DNA of 50,713 nt, taken from Salisapilia sapeloensis CBS 127946. Lineage: Eukaryota > Protista > Oomycota. The position numbers were made by a program, and so were the translations under genes. The notes beneath the pieces were generated by a model. That model was not told the DNA's origin and did no database searches. It was given only the letters and a program-made list of their open reading frames with translations. The stretch covers positions 1 to 50,713 of the forward strand of contig JAADVB010000133.1 in assembly GCA_023334545.1 (NCBI GenBank), read 5' to 3'. Each line of letters begins with the position of its first letter. The stretch's first letter is position 1. Below are positions 10,387 through 20,837 of the stretch, piece by piece.

Positions 10387-11604
10387 TTAAGACGGCAGCT
10401 TATCCATGTGCCTCCCCATGATGGCAAAGTGAACATGAACAACCCCCGTCGCGACGGTGGCAAGACGACTCCTATCTTCCCATGCATTGGTGAAGAGCGT
10501 TGTGTCCGAGACGAGTTCGATCGTCTTGCCCATGAGCGTCGCTTGCATTTCTTCTTTGACGCTACCCATCGGTCGCCACAAATGAACCGTCTGGGCGTAT
10601 TCTCCACTAGTGAAAGGTAGAGGCAAAAAACCATAGCCGACGACATGCGTTGCCATGCTAGCGAGATCCACTTGCCATACTTGTAGGAAAAGTCTCGGCC
10701 AGCCATTAAAGCTTGTAGTTGCATAGTGCAAGTCGAATGGATGACTCCATAGGCTGTACGGTCCGTTCTTATCGGAAGTCGTGAGTGCGACTTGAGTCTC
10801 TCCACTCGTGTCACCAGCAATGCGCTCCCATGCAGATCCATTGTCGAGCCTCCACTTGCAGGTAAAGGCTCCTCGTCCAAATTGTTGACCACTTCGAATC
10901 TCTCCCATGACATGAAGCTCCGGTTGATGCGTTGGACGTGTGCACTCAGGAGGGTTTTTTAGACTAGGCTCTTGGACCTTTTGGGATTGAGAAGGCTCAG
11001 TCGTTTTGGAGATGGATTCCTCAGAGCTAGACGAGGAAGAGGAGTCGTCATCATTGGACTGGGAAGGGGAGACACTTTTTTCCTGCTTCACCTCTGGACT
11101 CTGGTCTATAGGTGGAGAGGCACTTGCTGACTCTTGAGACGCCTTGGGAGTAGATGGAAGTTTCTCTTCTTTCGTGTTATTACCATCTTTCTCCTGACGA
11201 AAACCCTTGAGAGACTTGAGCAAGTGCGGACGTTTGATTGGACTTCTCTTCTTATTTGGACTGGATGCCTCTGATGGCTTGGGTCGAAGTGAACTACGCC
11301 TTGAAAGCATGCTTTTTGCTCGATCAGCGAGTTGCTTACGCGGAGATCTGCTTGTGATAGCTTTTGAATACAATAACAAGACAAAATGACGAAATTGCTT
11401 ACCTCTTGCCTCGTGGAAGCTGCCTTTTATCTTTGTTGATCATATTGTCCTCATCATCGGCATCGTCACTATCCGAGCTACAGTCTGATCTTTAGTGTTT
11501 CGTACGACGACATTCGGTGCTAATGGAAACCTAGACTGACGCCCGCTTGTCCCTGTATGTCGTCCAGACCTGTTCGACGGAGGTGACCGAAGACGTCGTA
11601 GCAT
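10387..11604 (-). CDS. B9D2: B9 domain (C2-like) ciliary transition-zone protein, B9D2-like, with a long Ser/Lys-rich N-terminal extension; 370 aa
   Basis: Exons 11531-11604, 11403-11477 and 10387-11350; introns of 53 and 52 nt restore the frame. B9 motifs: PELHVMGEI, SGETQV, WSHPFDLHY, GWPRLFLQVW, VGYG, LWRP. Confidence 0.85.
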
Positions 11605-11908
11605 AGTCGTTTGGAATGAAAAGTCACGCGAGGAGACTGCCGAGATCTTGAAGTCGGTTGTGAATATTCGCACGTGGCGAAACCACTTTTGCATGGGCAG
11701 GAAGAGTTCAGTAAAGCGGCGTTTCGACGTGTCCAGGATACAACGAGCGTATGAGCATCAGAAATAGGAATAAGAGTCGCCCCAAAGTCTTTTATTGCGT
11801 TTATGATCTTCCGCATCGATAGGTTTTCTAGTGTTTCTAGTCCATCTTTTGATTGATGCCAAAGTACAGTTGGAGAAAACAAGCCTGTACGAGTACTTGA
11901 GCGTACAC

Positions 11909-12424
11909 TTAGTTCTTCTTCGTACGATAACGCACGGCCTTCCTACGCTTCCGGTGCTTGTGCTTGTTCATCTTCTTCCGTCGCTTCTTTACCACACTGT
12001 CCGCCTGGTACGTGAACGTGCGTTCCATGTCGTCGAGCAGCTCGTCCACACTACGGTCGCCAGAGTCACGCAGCGGCATGTCGTCGTTCAGACCGGTCAA
12101 CATGCCCGCCATGTCCCATATTTCCTCCGACGAGGAGAGACCTAGCGCTTCGTCCGTCTCCTCTTCTTCCGGAAGAGGGAAGTTACCCACACGCCACAAG
12201 TCCATGGGAGCTGCTTGGGAGTACTTTTCCAACAGCTCCGTCGGGTCCTGCGGTCCCGTTCGTGCACCAGCAGCAGGCTGCACGGGGAAAGAGGGTGCCG
12301 AGAACAAGTTGGACGCACCAGAGGACATGAGTGCACGTCGCTGCTGTTGACGCAGGAAGGCAGAGGTCGTGCATGGGACCTTGTTCGCCTGAGCGAGCAC
12401 GCGTTTCGCGACTCGCATCGCCAT
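11909..12424 (-). CDS. COX24: Mitochondrial small-subunit ribosomal protein mS38 / COX24 / AURKAIP1 family (DUF1713)
   Basis: Basic presequence-like N-terminus; C-terminal ADSVVKKRRKKMNKHKHRKRRK signature. Confidence 0.88.
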   Translation of the reverse strand: MAMRVAKRVLAQANKVPCTTSAFLRQQQRRALMSSGASNLFSAPSFPVQPAAGARTGPQDPTELLEKYSQAAPMDLWRVGNFPLPEEEETDEALGLSSSEEIWDMAGMLTGLNDDMPLRDSGDRSVDELLDDMERTFTYQADSVVKKRRKKMNKHKHRKRRKAVRYRTKKN

Positions 12425-12565
12425 ATCGATAATCTACCTCGAGTAAGTTCAGGAAGCGCTTCCGCCACTCACACTTTCTCTTTGTTTGTGCCCGTTTCTC
12501 TTTTTCTTACTGGTACTGTACCATATCTGTACCTCGCATAGGGATGCCAACCAGTCGGGAGAAAG
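12425..12565. promoter_or_regulatory. Putative bidirectional promoter between mS38/COX24 and CPSF3 (141 nt between ATGs)
   Basis: Head-to-head geometry, with a pyrimidine-rich tract. Inferred from position only. Confidence 0.55.
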
Positions 12566-14764
12566 ATGGCGAAGCGAGCATTGGAAGTGAGCGCTGAGGA
12601 CAGTGCGGATGAACGCCATGTCATGCGGATCATGCCGCTTGGTGCAGGCAATGAGGTCGGTCGATCTTGTATTATCCTAAAGTTCCAAGGACGCACGATC
12701 ATGCTGGACTGCGGCGTCCATCCAGGATACTCGGGTCACGGCAGCCTACCATTCTTTGATGGCGTGGAAGCCGAAGAGATCGATTTGCTCCTTATCACGC
12801 ACTTCCATATTGACCATGTTGCTGCTTTACCTCATTTCACCGAGAAGACGAATTTCAAAGGTCGTGTGTTCATGACGCACCCGACGAAAGCTGTTATGCA
12901 GATGATGCTACGAGACTTTCTACGTGTCTCGAACATCTCGGTCGATGATCAGATCTACGATGATCAAGATCTGAATAACTGCGTCTCGAAAGTCGAGATC
13001 ATTGACTTTCATCAGGAGAAGACGCATAATGGAATTAAATTCACGCCGTACAATGCTGGTCACGTCCTCGGTGCATGCATGTACTTAATTGAAATCGGTG
13101 GCGTCAAGGTGCTCTACACAGGAGACTACTCGCTCGAGAACGACAGACACTTGATGGCAGCAGAGATGCCTGCCTGCTCTCCTGACGTGCTTATCGTCGA
13201 ATCCACGTACGGCGTCCAAGTCCACCAGTCCGTCGTGGAGCGTGAAGGTCGATTCACAGGTCAAGTGGAGGCGGTCGTGAGACGTGGAGGTCGCTGTCTC
13301 ATCCCTGTCTTTGCTTTGGGACGTACACAAGAGCTGCTGCTGATTCTGGACGAGCACTGGCAGAAGCATCCGGATCTCCAGGACATTCCCATCTACTTTG
13401 CATCGAAGCTAGCGGCCAAAGCCTTGCGTGTGTATCAGACGTACATTAACATGATGAACGAACGCATTCGTAAGCAGATCGCGATTGCAAATCCCTTCCA
13501 ATTCGAACACATTTCGAATCTGAAGAGTCTGGATGACTTTGATGACGCTGGACCGGCAGTCGTGATGGCGAGTCCAGGTATGCTCCAGAGCGGAGTGTCA
13601 CGACAACTCTTTGAGCGCTGGTGTGTCGACAAACGGAACGCTTGTTTGATCCCAGGGTACGTCGTGGAAGGCACATTAGCTAAAAAGATCTTGAGCGAAC
13701 CATCAGAGATCGTCGCATTGGACGGACGTGTCTTACCCATGAACTGCACGGTCGAATACATATCTTTTTCAGCTCACGCCGACTTTGTCGGGACGAGTGG
13801 CTTCGTCGAAACCCTTGCACCTCCGAACATTGTCCTTGTGCATGGCGAAAAGAATGAGATGATGCGTCTCAAGGGTGCGTTGAATAAGAAGTTCAATAAC
13901 GCGAAGGGATATGATCCGAGTATCTTTACGCCAGCGAATATGAATGAGATCGTACTTGAATTCAAGGGTGAGAAGATCGCGAAAGCTATTGGAGGATTAG
14001 CTAAAGATCAGCCGAAGCAAGGAAAAGTCGTGTCGGGACTTTTAGTGGAAGTTGATTCACAGACGCATTTGCTGGAAAAAGAAGACTTGAGTACGTACAC
14101 GACGCTCGTGGCAGGTACCATCTCCCAACGTCAGCATGTGCCGTTTGAAAGTGCTTCGATGGACGTACTCGTCGCCTTCTTGCGTCAAATGTTCGACAAG
14201 ATTGTCGAGAATAAGAACCAGGTCGTCGTTTGTGAGCAGGTAGTCATCACGCCCATGCAAGGAAAGCTGCTTGTAGAGTGGACGACGTCTCCTATGGCAG
14301 ACATGATCGCTGACTCAGTCATCGCTCTAACGATGCATGCACAGGCAAGTCCGGCAGGATTCAAGCTCAGTGGCCACCCCACCGCTGCTTGTCCGCATGA
14401 CCACTCGACAAAGAAGGAAGAAGAGCCTGCTGAGAAGCCTTCAGAGACTTCGGATAAGCCTTCGGACAAGACGTCAGAGCTCCCTGAGAATGCTTCGGAG
14501 CTGGAGAAAGCAGCACATGAGCTTGGACAGACGGATCAGGATGCTCTAAATCTCGTGATTGTCTATCGTACGCTGAAAGATCAGTTTGGAGACGTGGAAC
14601 TCGAGCTCGAGACGAATATGATCCACGTGCGAACGCCAAGTGGTGTGTCCGCGACAGTGGACTATGCGAATGCCTCGATCGAATGCAAAGACGAAGCGTT
14701 TAAGAACAAACTACAAGACACGGTGCAACGCGTAGAAACTGCGCTCCAGCCTTTGCATACATAA
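12566..14764 (+). CDS. CPSF3: Cleavage and polyadenylation specificity factor 73-kDa endonuclease (CPSF73/Ysh1)
   Basis: PLGAGNEVGRSC, MBL motif THFHIDH, AGHVLG, beta-CASP PVFALGR...ASPGMLQSG, SFSAHAD, and a CPSF73-100 C-terminal region. Confidence 0.97.
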   Translation: MAKRALEVSAEDSADERHVMRIMPLGAGNEVGRSCIILKFQGRTIMLDCGVHPGYSGHGSLPFFDGVEAEEIDLLLITHFHIDHVAALPHFTEKTNFKGRVFMTHPTKAVMQMMLRDFLRVSNISVDDQIYDDQDLNNCVSKVEIIDFHQEKTHNGIKFTPYNAGHVLGACMYLIEIGGVKVLYTGDYSLENDRHLMAAEMPACSPDVLIVESTYGVQVHQSVVEREGRFTGQVEAVVRRGGRCLIPVFALGRTQELLLILDEHWQKHPDLQDIPIYFASKLAAKALRVYQTYINMMNERIRKQIAIANPFQFEHISNLKSLDDFDDAGPAVVMASPGMLQSGVSRQLFERWCVDKRNACLIPGYVVEGTLAKKILSEPSEIVALDGRVLPMNCTVEYISFSAHADFVGTSGFVETLAPPNIVLVHGEKNEMMRLKGALNKKFNNAKGYDPSIFTPANMNEIVLEFKGEKIAKAIGGLAKDQPKQGKVVSGLLVEVDSQTHLLEKEDLSTYTTLVAGTISQRQHVPFESASMDVLVAFLRQMFDKIVENKNQVVVCEQVVITPMQGKLLVEWTTSPMADMIADSVIALTMHAQASPAGFKLSGHPTAACPHDHSTKKEEEPAEKPSETSDKPSDKTSELPENASELEKAAHELGQTDQDALNLVIVYRTLKDQFGDVELELETNMIHVRTPSGVSATVDYANASIECKDEAFKNKLQDTVQRVETALQPLHT

Positions 14765-14801
14765 TACCTAGTGGTCTTTGCAATGCAAAGCGTTTTCTTT
14801 A

Positions 14802-15881
14802 TTATAAGTTTGCTCCTTCTTTCTCTTTCTCTCGCAAGCGTTCACGAGCTGCCTCGACTTCCTCCATATTCAATTCCGACCCATCTGATGCGATCACAGG
14901 CTCCGTCAGAGCTTTACGATACCATGTCGATAGTCGACCACAGGAATCGTCTTTGCTCCGGATCTCCAAGGACGCGTCTGCTGCAACCTCGAGCTCAGCA
15001 TCGGACGATACGCCTGGTTTGACCTGACGTCGTGGCATGGGCAGGCTGTTGGGAAAATCTTGTGAGACAGGGTCGTAGCCAAAGCCTTTCAACGGGAGCT
15101 CGGCGGTCTTCCGAATGTACTCGAACTGTTCGGGCGAGTAGTGTCGGAAGGACGCGCCGATCTTGCCACTACGAGGCTTATACGGCCCACAGTTGTCACT
15201 TCCTTTCGTGATGAGCTCATCGATCTTTTCTTCCCATTGTGTGCCTTCTAAAGAGGATTTGTGGGTGAGGAAGAGGAAGACACGACGAAGTGTTTCTCGT
15301 CGGTGCATAAGTAGATCTTCATATCGGACGATCATGATCGGGATGTCGACTTTGGAGGTCCAGAACCGATGGAATCGCATCCATACGTCGATCTCGTTCT
15401 TCAACAGACGATCCCAACGCTTGGCAAAGCGTGTGTACTGGTCTTCACGCAGACTCTTGTTGTGCGTGTTCGTTAAGGTCATGTTAAAGTACGAATCGAT
15501 GGCATCCCATGGATTGCGGACGACAACGATCGCTCGCTTGGCTGAGAATGGTTTGTACCCGACGCGTTCCGGAAAGTGGGTCTTGACGAACCAGACTGAG
15601 TCGTCCACAACGCCTTCGCCTTTCATACCGTACTGCTGCAGCTCACGACTGAGCGATCGGTCGGGTCGAGTGTCGCAACCAGTGTAGACACCAGTGATAG
15701 ATTCCAAGAGACCACGCATGAGCGAATTACCTGAACGAGGGTAGCTTACGATGGCAATGCGCTCGCCATCATGTTCGCCTGGAGCCAGCCATCGGAGACC
15801 AGTTCCTGGATCTGGGATAGAAGACCGGCGAGCAGCTTCTTGCTGTATGTTTGAGTTTTCTTGTTCAGATTTTTCGGCCAT
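14802..15881 (-). CDS. Sulfotransferase-domain protein (P-loop PAPS-binding fold)
   Basis: 5'PSB-like SYPRSGNS, VKTH, 3'PB-like VVRNPWDAIDSY, and IVRYEDL. Confidence 0.85.
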   Translation of the reverse strand: MAEKSEQENSNIQQEAARRSSIPDPGTGLRWLAPGEHDGERIAIVSYPRSGNSLMRGLLESITGVYTGCDTRPDRSLSRELQQYGMKGEGVVDDSVWFVKTHFPERVGYKPFSAKRAIVVVRNPWDAIDSYFNMTLTNTHNKSLREDQYTRFAKRWDRLLKNEIDVWMRFHRFWTSKVDIPIMIVRYEDLLMHRRETLRRVFLFLTHKSSLEGTQWEEKIDELITKGSDNCGPYKPRSGKIGASFRHYSPEQFEYIRKTAELPLKGFGYDPVSQDFPNSLPMPRRQVKPGVSSDAELEVAADASLEIRSKDDSCGRLSTWYRKALTEPVIASDGSELNMEEVEAARERLREKEKEGANL

Positions 15882-16423
15882 ATCTGGTGCGAGGAGCAGT
15901 CGATGGACAAGCTTGCGGGCGACGATAAAGAACGGATTATAGTACCAATTGAATTCGACGCTATTTGTTCATTTAGAGGTGATTTAAGTTGAACCGAGAA
16001 GCAAATGAGCTAGGATGCATATGTGAGAGTCTTACATGACGCGAGGTACGTATAGCACGACACGCACGTACAAGCGCAGGAGATATAAAGTGGTCTCCGC
16101 CAAACGATTCTCCATCGATGTTGATTTTGTGTGAAATCTGTTATTAGAACGACCTTCGAACGACCGGAAAGCAGATAGCTACAAGACAAATAACGCTCTG
16201 AAACTACTTGGGCATGCTTCATGCTCACAAAATATAGAGTTCCAACTTCCTACTGCATGTGCATGAATATTGAATATGCACAAGTTTGTAGTTTGAGGAA
16301 GAATACAACTTGACTGCATTGGGAGATTGTAGCAACTCTGTATGATCTGTGACTGTATCAAATGCATTCGGATGAACAGATGTTGCATACTGCTACAACG
16401 TATCCAGGTCATTTTCACGTATC

Positions 16424-18335
16424 ATGCGATCGTCACGAGCACTCCTCCGCCTAGCTCTACCAGCAGCTTCTTCACTCCTGGCATTCCATTCCCCAGCCCG
16501 GTGCGAAGGAAAGGGACCTACACATGAAATGCCATCCTTTGAGGAGCGTGTCGTGGGCAACTATGAGAATCGCATTCGTCGATTTTCAGCTCCAGAGCGC
16601 GTGTTTGAATACTTTTCGTCCATTGAGCTCGATGGAGAGTTTTACATGACTCGGGAGGACCTCGCAAGAGCCCTCACACCTTATACGTATCGTCGTGGTG
16701 CACCGTTGTCTTCGAAAAATGCCAAATACAATTTCCAGGCATTGAAAGACAAACCTTCCAAGGTATGATCATGATCACGTCGTACCAGAATAGATGATTT
16801 ATTTATTCAAACGCTGCTAGGACACGGTACAAGAGTACAAGAATAAGATCCAGACAGTCTTTTACTCTGAGCAAGCGAGCTCAAGTGATATGCAAGACCT
16901 ACTGGCTTTCCGAGAAGCCAAATTCATCGATGATAATGTACTTGAGCTGCCATAATCAATGAGCTTTATATGTGCTCATTATATATATATATATAGACTC
17001 ATCTCAATGCGCTTCGCGAGCTTGAACTTACCCATGCAGACTATGAAAAGTGTCTTGAGGTACATCGCTATTATTTTCTTTTGATACATGTTACTAAAGC
17101 TTTGCTTACAGTACTACAATCTTCCCCTCCCTCGCAAGACATTCTTTGAGCTAGTGGATGCGGATGGAGATGGCCTCATTTCGTACCCCGAGTATCTCTT
17201 CTTCAACACCATTCTCGCCAGTATGGTTTCTATCTTTCAAGGTACCCTTTATCTTCTAATCGACGGATAGTTCCGGAGCGTCAATTCGAACTAGCCTTCA
17301 AGATGCTTGATTCCGACGGAAATGGAAAGTTAGACCGTCGAGAGTTTAAACAGATTCTACACCTCCTTCGTCAGCAAACGCCTGCAGGAAAGCAAAACCG
17401 CGCACTTACGGACGGAGATTCGATTCCAATTTTCAAACATCTTTTCGGGAAACTCGGCACGTAGGTATACCTTTGTCCAAGCTTTGGATCAGATACACTA
17501 AAGATGTGCAACGTAGGGAGAATTTGACGTTTTCCGAGTTCCAGGCATTCCGTCGGGAACTTCGGGAAGAGATCATGTTGCTCCAGTTTGAACAGTTTGA
17601 TGCAGATGCAAGTAAGGAGCTGTCTCCACGAGAGTTTGGCATGTACCTCATCTCTTACGTCGATCCAGTACGTTTCCAATATCTAGTATCTGTATAACAT
17701 TTACTAATGCATGATTGTAGTCTGAAATGACAAGCTGGGTCCAGCGTCTAGACATCTTGGATGACATGGAGGTACTGTAATTATCAACTTGTTCCTACAT
17801 CTATGTACTCATCCCGCATAGGGAAGCATCTCTTTGAAAGAGTTTATGCACTTTAGTTACTTTTTGGATTGCTTGGACGAGATTAAAGTGGCCATGGATC
17901 TCGTCGTACAGGGAAAAGGCTTGAACAAAGGTTTGGACTCTTGGACGTTACTTTTGGAACATGGACTTACATGTTGGAGTAGAGCAATTCCAACGAGCAG
18001 TGAAAGCAGCGCTACGTGGCGGAGAGGCCGCGAACTCCGTTACGCCAATCCAGATCGACATTCTTTTCCGACTCTTTGATACCGATGGTACGTCTATTTT
18101 TCGTTCGTATTGAAGTATCCAGTGGCTGATCTTTGGTAGGTGATGGACATCTATCTGCGGAGGAGTTCTTGCATGTGATGAAAAAGCGTCAGGACAATGG
18201 ATTTAACGAGGTGTGTAGATCAATCAGCTATTGTCTAGTCTAGATACGACTAACATGTATAAATCATAGCGACGTGACATGGGCATACTGGACTTTATGA
18301 CGAAAATTTACAATTGTGGCAAAGACTGCATCTAA
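16424..18335 (+). CDS. MICU1: Mitochondrial calcium uptake protein MICU1-like EF-hand protein; 11 exons, 456 aa
   Basis: Exons 16424-16762, 16821-16937, 16997-17059, 17112-17220, 17271-17460, 17517-17667, 17721-17771, 17822-17930, 17983-18087, 18140-18210 and 18270-18335. Motifs: FEERVVGNYENRIR, and EF-hands DADGDGLIS, DSDGNGKLD, DTDGDGHLS. Confidence 0.9.
16979..16995 (+). repeat. (AT)n microsatellite in MICU1 intron 2, abutting the splice acceptor
   Basis: ...cattatatatatatatatatag read directly. Confidence 0.8.
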
Positions 18336-18486
18336 CTTTCTTTTTTACAAGAATAAACCCATGATGATCCCATTTCCCACTCTACCTTGCGTTTCGTCCA
18401 TTCCGTCACACTTTCACTCTATCTATTGCATCCATTCCATTCACATCAAAACACATTGAATCACATCGTATTGGCACAAAGAACTA

Positions 18487-20724
18487 ATGATCGTCCGGTG
18501 GGAGCACTTGGGGGATGCTGCCTTGGGTACAGGCCCTCCGGCCATCAAGAACCACACTGCCACGGCCATATCATCGCATGAAATGCTCGTCTTTGGTGGT
18601 TATGACGGAAGAAGGAACCATAACTCGCTGTACATGTACGATTGTCGATCGAATGCATGGCACGACTGCTCCAATAAGACACATGGAGAGACTCCAGCAG
18701 GGCGCAACGGACACACTGCGACGCTGGCAGAAGGACGTATCTATGTGATCGGTGGATGGCTTGGCAGCGGCCCCTTTGCCGCCGCCGACCTCCACGTGCT
18801 CGATCTGAGCACAATGACGTGGTCCCAGCCGCCCGTCCAAGGAGCTCCACCAGGTCTAGAACTACTATCTTCCAACGTACTATAGATTGATAATGCTGAC
18901 TAAGGATCTGTTTGCTTATAGGTCCTTGCAACATGCATACAGCAGAGTATGTTCCTCATTTACGAAGCATTCTACTATTTCGAGGTGGAGACGGACGAGA
19001 GTATCTGAACGATTTGTACGCACTAGCTATTGATACGCTCGAGTGGAGTCCAGTGGCTGCAGAAGGCCCTTGTCCATCGCCGCGAGCAAACCACAGTGCT
19101 GCCATCGTACCACATGACCAGTCTCTATTGATCTTTGGCGGATGGGACGGTCATCATCGACTCAACGACATCTATGCTCTCGATACGCACCAGCTCGTCT
19201 GGTCTCGAATCGACCCACCTTCTCCATCTCCATACCCAATGCACGGCATGTCGTTGGCAGCCTATGGGGACAATCTATTCGTATTCGGAGGATCTGGACC
19301 TGCAGGCAAGTACTACAACGATCTTCATGTATTCGATCCAGTAGACAACGTATGGGTGCAAAAGCTAGCGATTGATGAAGAGGAAGAACGGAAGTGTGTG
19401 ACGGCGGAAGATGAGTCCGATCCGTTCCGAACATCTGATCAATTCGGAAATCATCGAGTCTCTATCATGGAACAACAGCTACTAGACTATGGCTTTTACG
19501 ATGGAGACGGTGATGCCAATCCGAATGAAACGCCACGACAGAACCACATTGTGGTGCTTGGTGATAAACCCAGTCGTCGAGCAGGACACACATGCACTAT
19601 GCTAGATAGAAAGTTGTTTATCTTTGGTGGATCCCATAGCAACGAGTACTTGCACGATTTAATTGCACTGGACATGGACCCAGCACCACGAGCCTGTATC
19701 TCATACGCGTCATCCACGCAGACACTACAAAGGTCTTTACGACGGTTTCTAGACTCGGATGAGTTCTCCGACATTTCTTTCGTACGTTCCTTTCATGCTT
19801 TGTACAGTCTATTGTACTCATGTGGATCTCTAGTTGGTCGATGGGCACGTCGTGTATGCGCACAAAATCATCTTGTCATTACTAAGCGAACGCTTTCGTG
19901 TGATGTTCACCTCTGGATTCCGAGAAGCAGAAGAGAAGATGATTCCTATTCCTGATATCAGTCATCGAGCGTTTGTTAAGATGCTAGAATACTTGTACAC
20001 AGGTCAAGTCGTGGACTGTATTGGTGGTAGTAGTCGTGGCAGTTCTCTCCTGAGAACGTCTGGTCGAAAGCAAGTCCACTCGCAAGCACCGACGTTCGAA
20101 TGGTGTGAAGAGCAGAGCTCTTTATCAGCAGATGACGATGGTGACTCTCATAGCTTTACATTTGATGGTGAGGAAGACAACACAAGCGGTGCTGGTGGTG
20201 CATCGGATGACGGATTGGAATTAATGTTGGAACTACTTGTGGCTGCTGATCAGTTTATGCTGGACCATCTAAAGCAGGTGTGTGAACAGGCTCTGCAGTA
20301 TGCCGTCTCTGAGGAGACTGTCGGAGACATTTTGTACGCTGCTGATCGGAGCAATGCTCTACAGCTCAAGGCTGTATGCATCCACTACTTGCGCAACCAT
20401 GACAGTGTTAGAGCGCGACTATCGTGGCTGGAGACGATTCTTGACGTAGAGGAGCATGACAAGAGTGATGGTGGGACAGAGAGGGCAGGAGAGAACGAAG
20501 GGGTGGATGGTGAAGGTGAGGATTCGGATGACGACGACGAGATTGATGGACGCGAGGAAGGAGAATTAAAGGACTTCACTGATGTTGGCGTGAACGTGGA
20601 TGACTGCGTGATGGAGCACAAGGTGGACTGTGATGTGGATGATGAGATTGACGGACGAGAGAGTGAAGACATCTACTTTGATGCTTTCGACAGTTCCAGT
20701 GAAAGCACAGGTACTGATCTGTAG
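18487..20724 (+). CDS. Kelch-repeat + BTB/POZ protein (LZTR1-like Cullin3 adaptor) with an acidic tail; 705 aa
   Basis: Exons 18487-18853, 18922-19781 and 19834-20724. Kelch repeats (HTA...VFGG/IGG/FRGG, RANHSA, RAGHT). BTB: FSDISF|LVDGHVVYAHKIILS...F..MF...E..IPDI...F..MLEYLYT...ADQFMLDHLKQVCE. Confidence 0.88.
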
Positions 20725-20837
20725 GCATGTACTAGTTGATGTGCTATCGTCAAGTCTAATTGACCAGACGCCTCAACAATTTGCGTTGAAAGTGAATATA
20801 AAAGTAGTCGAGAGTGTTGCAGAATTAAAAGTAAACT

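Noticed and set aside
10380-10913. Long alternative or antisense ORFs (e.g. 10380..10913, 7826..8692, 44460..45044, 46422..47684, 38024..38560)
   Set aside because: These are shadow frames of well-supported genes in GC-balanced coding DNA, with no independent motifs.
15882-16423. Possible small gene in the 542-nt spacer between sulfotransferase and MICU1
   Set aside because: There are isolated GT/AG signals, but I could not assemble a consistent frame-preserving model.
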